DNA of 64,000 nt from Chlorokybus atmophyticus (lineage: Eukaryota; Plantae; Mesostigma and Chlorokybus algae), in assembly GCA_009103225.1 (NCBI GenBank), contig RHPI01001132.1, positions 310,001 through 374,000 of the forward strand, written 5' to 3'. Both the position numbers and the translations under genes were made by a program. The notes beneath the pieces are model-generated. The model saw only the letters and a list, made by a program, of their open reading frames with translations. It searched no databases and was not told the DNA's origin. Positions 12,411-23,253 of the stretch are shown piece by piece. The number at the start of each line of letters is the position of its first letter. Position 1 is the stretch's first letter.

Positions 12411-12481
12411 ACCACCGGGCTATATTGACTGCCTGTTTACCTACCACACTACCCTACTCTAGACCTCCCCGTTAGGCATGC
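12411..12481 (+). repeat. Dispersed repeat copy C (motif 2)
   Basis: ACCACCGGGCT...CTACC...CCCCGTTAGGCATGC is shared with 56501-56566. Confidence 0.6.
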
Positions 12482-13256
12482 ATACATGCGTATTGTTGGT
12501 TGATTACCTGTGCAACACACGAGCAGCATATGTTACCCGCTGGCAAATGTAAAACGTTGCCAAACACTCTCGAGAATAAGCTGGCAATTGGCACCAACGG
12601 TATCAAAGTGGTTTATTGAACCACCCAACGTCATGATTTACTTGCATTCTTTGGACCTTGACCACATGCAACTGCGATAACACTATGTGTAAGTGCATGT
12701 CACAATACAAGGTAAATGATGCACCAATTGTCATTATTATTAACAAAAGTGATTTGCATCAATGTGCATTGTATGTTGCACTTGAAGAGTTAGAACAACT
12801 CTTCATTTTATAGGTTAACTTACATAAGGGCTGCAAGCTCAGCAAGCAATTGGGTCCACGTGCAAGCAATAATAACGAATATAACCAGCAACATTGTTGC
12901 ATAAGTATGCAACGAAGATCTCTGCTACATGCTTCGCTGAGTCATAGATAAACTTGAGTGTAGCTTCACATCATGATAAATATTACTATGATTTGAATTT
13001 GGCTTGAGATCTTAATCATGGTTTTGCCCCAATTACTCATTGCGTAAAAATACGAATGAATGCAAGCTACGTATCACATATTCAAGCTATGCTCCAGCAC
13101 TATGCTCCAGCTCTAGCACACTTCAGCACATGTGTCTTTGCATTAGCAATGAGCAACAACTTGTCTCTACCATATCAACAATTAATACAAAAAGCATAAC
13201 AAACATGTGCGACGACTTTAAGAAGTATTATCTTTATTTGCAATGCACATTGCATT

Positions 13257-13296
13257 TATGTAATAGGCTATACCACGTGGCATAGCCTATTACATA
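13257..13296. promoter_or_regulatory. 40-bp near-perfect palindrome centred on a G-box/ABRE (CCACGTGG)
   Basis: TATGTAATAGGCTAT-A-CCACGTGG-C-ATAGCCTATTACATA has one mismatched pair and lies about 450 bp upstream of the LEA-like ATG. Confidence 0.7.
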
Positions 13297-13745
13297 CATG
13301 TGTGCACACATGCGCAATAATGTCTCATCTTCTAGCTTTGTGCACGTGCTGAAAGTAACTTGTTAAATTGTGCTTGCATCTGGCTGCTCAGTTGTCTTGC
13401 ACAGCCTACAATTCAAGTGCTCTTCCAAGCATGGAATGGATGGATCCACAGCTCATGTACAGTGTATCTACTGCACATGAGCTGCGAGATCCTCTACCGA
13501 GCATTTTTGATAAGATTCACATCTTACATGTGCAATGGGTAAGATCTCGCGTCGCTTCCACGACGTCAGCCCTAGGACATACTTACAGATTCACACGTCC
13601 ACGGCGATTATCATCGCTACTTGCAAGTTAAGCTTAGTGGGAGTGTTGCGGTGGTTCTTGTGGGCGGCAGCTTAAGCTAAGTGCACAGGAAAGCGGCGCT
13701 TGTTCTAGGGCTACTACTTCCGAGCAACCGGTTAAGACAGCCACC

Positions 13746-14153
13746 ATGTCGGGCAACGATGACTCCGGCAAGAAGGTGAGTTGGGCTTTGCGTGTGGCAG
13801 CATGGTGGACTTGGGCAAGTCGGATGTTATTTGCATGACAGTGCGACTAAGCCAAGCTGCGCACGTCCTGTTGTGTAGACGAAACAAGTTGGTGTGACTA
13901 TCTTGTTATGTGTGTGCAGTTTGTGATGGGCGCAGCCATTGCTGGTGCTGTGGCCCTTGGGCTTTACGTCTTCCTGAAGCCAGATGAGGCGACCAACAAC
14001 GTAAAGCGTGCCAAGGCAAACGCCAAGGACGCGTACCGCGACGTGCGCGACAACGTGCGCGACGCTGGCCGCGACACCCGCGACGCCGCCAAGGACACAC
14101 AGCACCGCGCAGAGGGAGCATGGGACGACACCAAGTCACGCTTCAACAAGTAA
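13746..14153 (+). CDS. Small LEA-like protein with N-terminal hydrophobic anchor and 11-mer charged repeats (87 aa; exons 13746-13775, 13920-14153)
   Basis: MSGNDDSGKK|FVMGAAIAGAVALGLYVFLKPDEATNNVKRAKANAKDAYRDVRDNVRDAGRDTRDAAKDTQHRAEGAWDDTKSRFNK*. Start context is ACCATG and the donor is AAG|GTGAGT. Confidence 0.8.
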
Positions 14154-15502
14154 ACAACTGGCTGTGGGTAACAACCAACCAAGCCAACGCTGCTGAAGAC
14201 AAGGCGACAGAAGGAGAAACCCTTATCGCTACACGCAAGGTTGTTCTGCCTGTTTCTCTCTCAGTAGTACGTAGTTGTCAGTGGAGGTTGGAAATTTTTT
14301 CGCTCCTTTCCCTGGTTAGTTGATACTCTGCGGTTGCAAGTGTGCAAGTGCACAAGCACAAGTGGTTGGCAGTTATTAGCCAATAACACTCCTCTGGTGT
14401 TGTAAATAGTCGGGTAAGTTGAGTCAGTTTCTGCTGCCCTGCTTGTCGACATTGTCGTCGGTGTTGGCGTATCTATGTGCCTAGTGATGGTGAGCACGTG
14501 ATGTTGGTTTGACCAACTGTTGATGTTGTTGCCATGGGCACATATGCCAGCAGTTTTTTTGATGCAAGTGTTGCACAGTGCGGTTGCCACACAAGGCAAG
14601 CCTGTCGCACCTGGTTCAGTAGTAGAAGGCAGGCCTGTTGTACCATATGCGCTTGATAGTGCAGATCTGATGGTATGGTGAGTAAGTTGCATCGATCTGG
14701 ACATGTTGTGCATTAGCACGAATGTAGTTGCTCTGAATTTCCAGCTCTTTTGTGCAGTGTAAGTCATTCATGTGGGCATATTGTCCATGTGACTGTAGAA
14801 AAGATCACGTTAACAGTCATACCTGTACAGAAACTTTGTATATCTACTGTTACTTTTGGCAATCGCTGGCAGTTGTTTGTTCACGCTAAGGGGTTTTCTG
14901 TCAGCCGATATACCTCAACATGCAAAGCATACAATGTGGAATAGAGGTTTTTCAGAGGTGGTGCAGGTGACGACTTTAACACTTGCATGCTTGTATGGTT
15001 AATGGGGATGGTGAGAAGACAGAATAGTAGTTTAGATAGTGTAGCCCGATGGTGGGTTGTGTAAAATGTGGTGTTGCAAGTTGTGCATGTGCTGATTGTG
15101 AATGGCATCCACTGCATTGTTGTGAATGATACTATATAGTATGCATGCGGGATATGTAGCACACTATCTTTTGTATACTGTGTTGTGCAAAACATACGCA
15201 TGAACTCTGTCCATGTGGGCATGTAAATAGTAACTCATGCGCATGCATGCCAAATGGGGAAGTCTAAGATAGTGTATAAGGTGTAAACGAGAAACGCGTA
15301 GTGGTGGTGTACACTATCATGCTTGCAGACTTGTGCTGCATTTTGCATCATGCATGCTTAAAACTGCGCCGCGCATATTCTGTGCAACATATCATGTAGT
15401 ACATGTGCGCACCCGCGCACACGTGACACGCGCATGCGCACTTAAAAACTCATCCAATTAAGTAATACACTTACCACAACCAAACCTCATGGATGACTTA
15501 TG

Positions 15503-15530
15503 AGGGGGGGGGGGGGGGGGGGGNGGGGGC
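15503..15530 (+). repeat. Poly-G tract
   Basis: About 27 G with one N. Confidence 0.8.
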
Positions 15531-16218
15531 TATGTGTAGTGTACGATTTAGATTACTTGCAGGCAGGCGTGCATGAGATGCAACACTGTAACTATAATAT
15601 CATTATCATATTATGAAATTATATACAACTTGACTTTGCCTAATGCTTTATTTGGATAATTAGTGTTCGGTCGCAACAACACTGTCACGCATAAGGACAC
15701 AAAGGCAGCGATTTGTCGAAGAAATTATGAGCTTACTGTTGGTAATATCTTAAGGAAAAACAATAACTATTGTTTAAAAACACTTAACCGGGTTTAAAGT
15801 AACTGCAAACGCACAATGTCTAGAGAAACATCATGTTAAGTGAATAAAAGCTCATAATCGGCCTTAATGATGTTATGAATTGTGGACAGAGTTTGACAAA
15901 GTTTATGTTGAAGAACCCACCCATTGTTGCGTAACATTTTAACATGTAGTATCAGTTTGTCATGCAATAATTATTGATAAACCATTTACGTATAGTAGCT
16001 ATCGGTATTGTCAGTGATTTCATTCGAATGAAATCACTGACAATACCGATAGCTACTATACGTAAATGGTCTATCACACAGGCGCAGTCCAACGCAAGTG
16101 TCTTCACCACCAGCCACGCATCATGTAAGGTCGGTCAGACACAACTCAGTGCCTGGGCCTGGAGCATTGAACCAGTTGTGGGGCAGCGTTGGCGTTGTGT
16201 GCGAGGGCGTGGGCGGTG

Positions 16219-19020
16219 ATGGCGGGGGCACCCACACCGCCGCCGCCTGGGCTGCCTTTAACCGGGGCGGCGCCTCTGCCCTTTCTGACGCCGGTGGTGG
16301 CGGCGGGGATGGTGGGCCACCCTCAGCCGCCTGCCCACCCTACCCCTCCCACCCCGGCGGCGGAGGACGACGACGGCGACGATGGCGGGGAGGACACTGC
16401 GGCGGCAGGCGCCGTCGGTACCGACGTCAAGGAACTCGCGGATGTCACTAGGGTTTCAGGCGTTGATCTGAAGGTAAGGTCAGTTGAAAGTTGAGTGTGT
16501 GCAAGTGTGCGTTTGTTGTTGTTCAGGAATTAGCTTGACGTCAAGGCAATACAACAGTTGTGACGTTGGTCTGCGCTTGACATGCAATCTGTTGACACTC
16601 ACAGCTTCATGGAATGCTTATTGTCTCTCCCAGCAATGACGCATGCTGGCATGCACACGCGCAAGCGTAATCGCATGTCAGATCATCAGTTGGTGAAAGT
16701 GACAGCTACACATTGTAGCGTGCTGCAACATCTGCAGTTCGTATTTCTTACTACCTCATTCATTCATGTATCTGCACTTACGTGCGCATATGTGTGCGCG
16801 AGCAACACTCCGCAGGTTGCATGTTGTTTTCGGCCTTTCATAGTAGCAGCGTGTAGTTGGTTGTACGACGTTGCAAGCATGCACACGCGTTGGCTTCACA
16901 GGGCGAGCAAGCGCTGCTGCTGGCGGGAGCGGATGCAAGCGGGCGGCCTGCAGACTCCGCCAAGTCCTCGGCAGCCGCGCACGCCGTCCGCATAGAAGAG
17001 GGGTTCCTCTTTCCAGATCCTTCTCGAAGCAGCACAGCGGACACGCTGCAGAACCGCATAGCCGCAATTGGTAAACTAGACTACATGCTGGCTCGTGCTG
17101 TGCGTGCGTGCGTTTATGTGTGCAAAAGCATGCACAACTGTATGTGAGTGTTTTATACCCAACTGTATGGCAGAGTGATGACATGCGCGCGCGATCGTGT
17201 GTATATGTGTGCACATGGGCGAGTTGCTGACACCGTTAACTATGAGTCACCAGTAAGTGATCAGTGGATTCACTGCAGCCAGGAGGTATGGTGTCAAGCG
17301 CACCACAGCGGATGCTGCCAAAGTTCTCTCGCTGGTATGTTGACAAAGCAGTGTTGATGGGGTTAGATTGCATGTATGCGTTGTTTGTCTGCCAGCTATG
17401 TGGTCAATGACACTGCGCTGGGTTGATTACATGCTCAGGCAGTTGAGGAGCGGCTTCGAACACTCTTGAATCGTCTCGTAGTGCTTTCCAAACAGGTGAG
17501 CACGCTTCATGTGCGTAGCGTTGCAATTTTAATCAAGCACCCGCATGTACACATGCACACGCACATGCATTGTGCGCACACAACAATGCGTGTGCGTGCG
17601 CGCGCCCCNNNNNNNNNNNNNNNNNNNNNNNNNNNNNNNNNNNNNNNNNNNNNNNNNNNNNNNNNNNNNNNNNNNNNNNNNNNNNNNNNNNNNNNNNNNN
17701 NNNNNNNNNNNNNNNNNNNNNNNNNNNNNNNNNNNNNNNNNNNNNNNNNNNNNNNNNNNNNNNNNNNNNNNNNNNNNNNNNNNNNNNNNNNNNNNNNNNN
17801 NNNNNNNNNNNNNNNNNNNNNNNNNNNNNNNNNNNNNNNNNNNNNNNNNNNNNNNNNNNNNNNNNNNNNNNNNNNNNNNNNNNNNNNNNNNNNNNNNNNN
17901 NNNNNNNNNNNNNNNNNNNNNNNNNNNNNNNNNNNNNNNNNNNNNNNNNNNNNNNNNNNNNNNNNNNNNNNNNNNNNNNNNNNNNNNNNNNNNNNNNNNN
18001 NNNNNNNNNNNNNNNNNNNNNNNNNNNNNNNNNNNNNNCCCCCTCGCGCCCGCGCGTATATGCATATATGCGCGCTTGTGCAGAGCTCGAGTATCTGTTT
18101 GCTGTGATTGTACAGAGAGCGGATGAGAAAAGGACCAAAGGCAAGGTGAAACTGGGCCTTGATATGCGCAAACGGCTGCGCGCGATAGAGAAGCGCGAGC
18201 GCGACGCACAGGAGAAGCGCGAGGCTCGTGAGCGCGAAGCGCTGCTGCGGGCTGCTGAGGTGAGGGTTATGTTGGTATGTTGGTAGGTCTTTCATGTTTG
18301 CGTCATGCATATGTGCTGTTGTTGTGTTGTGCCTTTCATTTCTGCATGCTCAACATGACACGGTTGCGCATGCAGTCCAAAGACAAAGGCACCGGGGATT
18401 CGGCAAAGGATGAAAAGCTCAAGGCAAAGGCCAAACAGGCACGTCCTACAGTTTACATTATTGTCAAAGGCATCGGTGCATGCACATGTCACCAATGTCA
18501 CACACCATGTTGTCATGTTGCCAACATCATCTTTGCTTTGCAGTTTAAATTGGAGGAGGAGGACCGAATACGTGCATCGGCGGCTAACCTTGCAGCGATG
18601 GCGGCCATCGGCGATGTCAAGTCGGCGGAGTCGAGATGGGCCGCCATGGCAGCAAATGCCAACAGAAAGCCCTTAGACACAACAGCGACAACATTACCAC
18701 CATCACCATCGCCGACAACACCCGGGGGTGAGATGGACTCCTCGACATCCCCCACTGCAGGCACAATAAGTGCACCCGGCATGCAACAACAAGCAACACC
18801 CCTTCAACAGCGTGTAGCACCCGGTGGGACTGGCTTTGGTCAGGCGCAGAGGCCACAAGGCGTCGGTGTGGGTGGGACTGTAGGTACCAAAAGGCCTTTG
18901 GGGGGTGCAGAGAGGTCCATATCCATGAGAGACTTGCTGTTGTTGCTTGAGCAGGAGCCTCAGAGTCGCCGCTCGGAACTGCTATACAAGTTGTACATGC
19001 GGGTTAAGGGTGCGTCGTGA
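16219..19020 (+). CDS. TAF4B: Transcription initiation factor TFIID subunit 4 (TAF4/TAF4b), multi-exon, with a gap inside an intron
   Basis: Exons encode DVKELADVTRVSGVDLK, IEEGFLF, KVLSL|AVEERLRTLLNRLVVLSKQ|RAD, EEDRIRASAANLAAMAAIGD and SISMRDLLLLLEQEPQSRRSELLYKLY*. These match the TAF4 histone-fold and C-terminal motifs. Confidence 0.9.
17609..18038. other. Assembly gap (N run) in a TAF4 intron
   Basis: Run of N flanked by (GC/TG) repeats and C-runs. Confidence 1.
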
Positions 19021-19702
19021 GGTGTCCAGTGGGTTGTGTTACGCATGCTATGCTAATGGATTGCAGTTGTACTTTCTTGTGTCTATGCGCACTTGGGCTT
19101 GGGAGTACAATGTCAACAGTCAATGATGCACATGCAACACGGATAGACCTGCCTTGGTCACAGAACGAACCCACGCAAATGCATGTGCGTGTGAGAGTAG
19201 AAACTCCAACCTTGTGACCCTATACACAACAAGACGTGACCAACACGCCTTGGCACTGCAACAGCAGGTGCTCATTGGGCACAGATTTCCCAACACAATG
19301 GTGTTCTGCATTTTCTGACCCCCTCCCCCTCCCTTTTCGCCCAGATGGCAAGAAATGCCAAGCATGACAGCTGTTACGTCGCCGGTCGTTTGACCGTTGC
19401 CTGTGCCGTACGTCCCCGTTCTTCCGCGCGAATTCAAACGTTGCACATTGCGTTCACATGCGCGCGGCCAACGATCAGCTTGCGGCAGCAGCAGCAGCAT
19501 CGGGCGCAGTGTTGCGTGACACGTGGCGAGTAACACGGCACAGCTGTCCGATAAGAACGGGGCATCGTACTGAGACTGTCAGTGAGACAGTGGCAGCTTA
19601 CGTGCGTGGCCGCTGTCACACAACAGATAAGCACGGAATCGCAGTCGCTCACTGTTCACCTCTGTACATATATCACAGGTCGCCTTTGTCCTCGCCCCAT
19701 GC

Positions 19703-19999
19703 ATGCCTCCATCAAAGGGGCAGAAGAAGCTTGTAGAGCTGCTACTCATGGACAGCCAGACCTGGTCTGCCTCCGCCCACCTGCATGCCGGCCTCCTCTA
19801 TGCCGCCGAGGGCCACGTAGGGAGGCGAGGCTTGCTGGCTCAGCTGGGTTGGATTGGACAAGGCTACTTTGGTGTGTTGCATAGTGCTGCTGGCTGCCAA
19901 CTCGGCTCTTCCCTGGTCAGGCGAGTGTGCCGCATACGTAGTGTATGCTTGTGTATGATGAGTGCTGAAGCAGCGGACGCAGGTTCGGCTGCCGCTTAG
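19703..19999 (+). CDS. Unassigned 98-codon ORF (possible uORF or small gene upstream of the U-box pseudogene)
   Basis: ATG-initiated ORF MPPSKGQKKLVELLLMDSQTW..., downstream of ACGTGGC motifs and a TATA-like TACATATAT. No family recognised. Confidence 0.25.
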   Translation: MPPSKGQKKLVELLLMDSQTWSASAHLHAGLLYAAEGHVGRRGLLAQLGWIGQGYFGVLHSAAGCQLGSSLVRRVCRIRSVCLCMMSAEAADAGSAAA

Positions 20000-20348
20000 C
20001 ATGCAACATTGTGCTGGACTGCTCGTCTTCAAGGTTATAGTTAGTTGTTGCAATCGGCTTGATGCTTGGCAACTGGAGTGTGGCAGTTTATGTTACCCCA
20101 AGCAGCTTGCGTGCTTGATATTGGGAATGTGCAAGCACACGCATGTGTTAATCAGCTGTTGATCTGGTCCGTGCTGGCTGCACCGCACAAGTGCAAGCTG
20201 GCCATGAGGTGGTTTCTGACATTTGTGTGCAGGTGCTGGCGTCAGGCCGTTGACAGCAGAGCTCAGTTTGAGACAAGCATTGCTTCTTGCAGGTAAGGCA
20301 AGCACGGGTAACCACTAGTCCGTGTAGATTGCAACTGATACTGTCACC

Positions 20349-21758
20349 ATGGCGGATGCTGCCTTCTTGACAGCCTTAAAGGCGATGGACTCGATCGCGG
20401 ACTTGGCAAAGCAGGTCAGCGACCCTGTAAAGTTCACAGCATGCACCTGTAGCGCTGTTGTAACTGCACAGTTAGCCTACAGCCTAGCCACATGTTACAC
20501 ATCTATGAACTTCACGTACACACGTACACACCTACAGACGCGCACGCATATTTGCACATGCATACGCACGGATACAGACGCAAACACATATTAGAACCCC
20601 CCAACCCCCCAACCCCCCCGGGCTGCACACACACAAAGCGTTACCATTGTTCATAGGTCAAAACGAACAGAAAGCAGTGTGCAGCCCTGGCACAACGAAT
20701 TGGCAACCTGCAGCACATCTTGGAGGCCCTCTCAAAAAGCAATGTGTCAGGGACAGCTCTGTTAGCATGCCATTGCTCACCTTACTCAACGAGTCACTAC
20801 AACGCTCCGTGGAGGCAGTTCGCCACTGCCAAATCACCAGCATCTACTCTCTGTTATGGAACAAGAAGAAAGTCACTGACCGCCTTAACGTTTGTCTGCA
20901 AGTAAGTGGCTTGGGACGCTCACAGTGCTTCCTGACTACTGGGCTGTAACTACTGGGTTTGTTGAAGAAGTGATCGCCAGTGCATTTCTGTGTTTCAGGA
21001 AAGTGAAGACAGCTCGAACGCCCTGGACCTTGCCAATGTGAAGAATGCGGATGCTACACACAAGCAGCTGACCTCAACTGCAGAAGATTTGAAGGTGCAC
21101 ATGCACTCTATTTTCCCCCATCAATGTGTAGAAATGAGGTTGACTAAAGGAGTAAAGTGATGCTATGCCAGGGCAACAAGGTGGTAGTGGCTGCAGAAGA
21201 CCTGCACGTGCTCGTGCTGAGGCCGCAAGCTGGCAAGGCCCTCAAGCAGCAGCTGGAAGCTGCTTTGGACGGCCTTGCTTGCCTGAAGCAAAATTATTGC
21301 CCGCATGAACGTCATGGTGACCAGGAATCAATCCCAGTTTTAAAGCACAGACACGATGGATGCAAGGAAGCAGGCTGCGGAGGGGCCATTGGAGGGATTC
21401 ATCTGTCCGTTACCACTGGAGATCATGAGGGACCCAGTGATTATACTTGGATCAGGTCAAACATGCGATCGCATGATCGCTGAACTTTGGTTCGCTAATG
21501 GCCATACCACATGCCCAATCCCAGGTAGGTCTTTTGAAGTGCACGTGTACACCAGCAGTGAGCAACTGGCCTTGACGAAGTGCACACACATCATGCCAAC
21601 TGGTAGTCGCTGGTGTAGGAGTACAACTATCATCAACCCAGCTTTCTCCCAATTGCGCGCTGCGGGTTGCTGTGGAGGATTGGCTGAACCGTCAAAGCAC
21701 GCGGCTGGCTGCAGTCATGCTTCCTATTGACGACACACAAGCATCCATTAGCAATTGA
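20349..21758 (+). pseudogene. U-box E3 ligase with N-terminal MLKL/UND-like four-helix bundle, probably pseudogenised
   Basis: Exons give MADAAFLTALKAMDSIADLAKQ|VKTNRKQCAALAQRIGNLQHILEAL, then a frameshift at the CTCTC run near 20730 into KKQ...LLNESLQRSVEAVRHC.... A second frame change lies before EGFICPLPLEIMRDPVIILGSGQTCDR...WFANGHTTCP, and the U-box tail reads SPNCALRVAVEDWL. Confidence 0.7.
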
Positions 21759-23253
21759 CGAAGTAACCTACTGTTGCAGCTCGTGACTACCCAACTGTGT
21801 ACATCACCTGGTGTACTCAGCGTGTGTGGGAACCAGTATGTAAGTAACATCCAGGCTAGCTATGCTTGCCTGTTATGAAGGGGGCCCACAAAGGCAGAAA
21901 CAGCGGCCAGGCAGGTCTACAGGTGCTGCTGTATAGGAGAGAGCAGATCTCACATGCGGCTCATAAAACATCATGCTGCATTGTTTGGAAAGCCAGCAGG
22001 GTAGGGATGCCATGACTGACTCCACAGCGTGTGCGGCTGAGCATGCACACACAGCAGCATACCCCATTTGTACAATACACGCTATAGAGTCTGGCTTCGT
22101 GATCCCAAATGCACTTTCGTTACCATCATTGTTACACCACACGCATCAGGAGGCGAGCAGGAAGCTCATGGCGACATGCGTTTCGGAGGTGAAGGTTGTG
22201 CTTGTTGCATTTGACGTCAATGAGAGCAGCAGCGCCTGGTGATCAGATAATCAGATCTTGTTGAGTTTCAGGGTACTACACGCCGTGTGCATCGGCCCTG
22301 TTCATGCTGTGTAGTTAGCCAACCGCCCGTCGGCCATCATATGCCTGCTGCTTGTCCCTCGACACAATGTGTCTCAACGCATCACCCGTGCCGGTCAGGA
22401 ACATGCAGGTGCATGTGTGTGCATGTGTGCTCCCAAAACGCCGCCGTCCCTTGCACCTCATGTGGGGCCAGTGGCCTATGGTTGATACGACAATTGGTTC
22501 CTTGGCAGCTGACGAGAGGACTACCATGGTACGCGCACTATTGCACATGCACCTGTGCAGAAAGCATATGCACTGACCTATAGCTACACCTGTTTACTTC
22601 AGCCAACATGAATAAAGACACGTGTGTCGCAACAAGTGATGAAAACAACTGCAACCACAATGCTGAGCGAGCTACTGAGTGTTAAGTGTAACGCCGGGAG
22701 TTGCCATGGCTTCGTACTGGTTACAAATGCCACCCTAACCAGTTTTCCAGTTCTATAAATATTCAGTTCCAGCAGTCTGTACACATGTTTATAGATTATG
22801 AGAAAATCAAGCAGTCAACTCGTCAAACACTTCATAATCTATGCCGTAGGCTACTACTATTACTATCTTGGTCACCCCATTGGGCATATGTAATTTCAAT
22901 AATCTTCAACTGTTGATGCTTCACATATTGCTGGTGCTGGCGTGGACATTGAAGTCGACAAACAAGTAAATATGATTGATGAACTTGCAAAGCAGAGCCT
23001 TCTACGCACAATAACACCACATTCACTCATATGATAGGTATAGCTTGAAACTTGGGGAAATTGTCATTGGCAACAAGTGTAATCACTGTAATCACTGAAG
23101 CCAGTCAAGGGCACGCAGAAGCTTCATGTGGCCTTCCCACACATTCTCTTCAACTGGTTTGTTTGATTGCATAAATACTCAGAGTAGTATTTTGTGACCC
23201 TAAGACCCTATACACACATGTACACAATAACACATCACCGACACACACTGGTA

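Noticed and set aside
15503-15530. Poly-G runs as G-quadruplex elements (also 49316-49333)
   Set aside because: They contain or abut Ns, so they may be sequencing or assembly artefacts and their true length is unknown.
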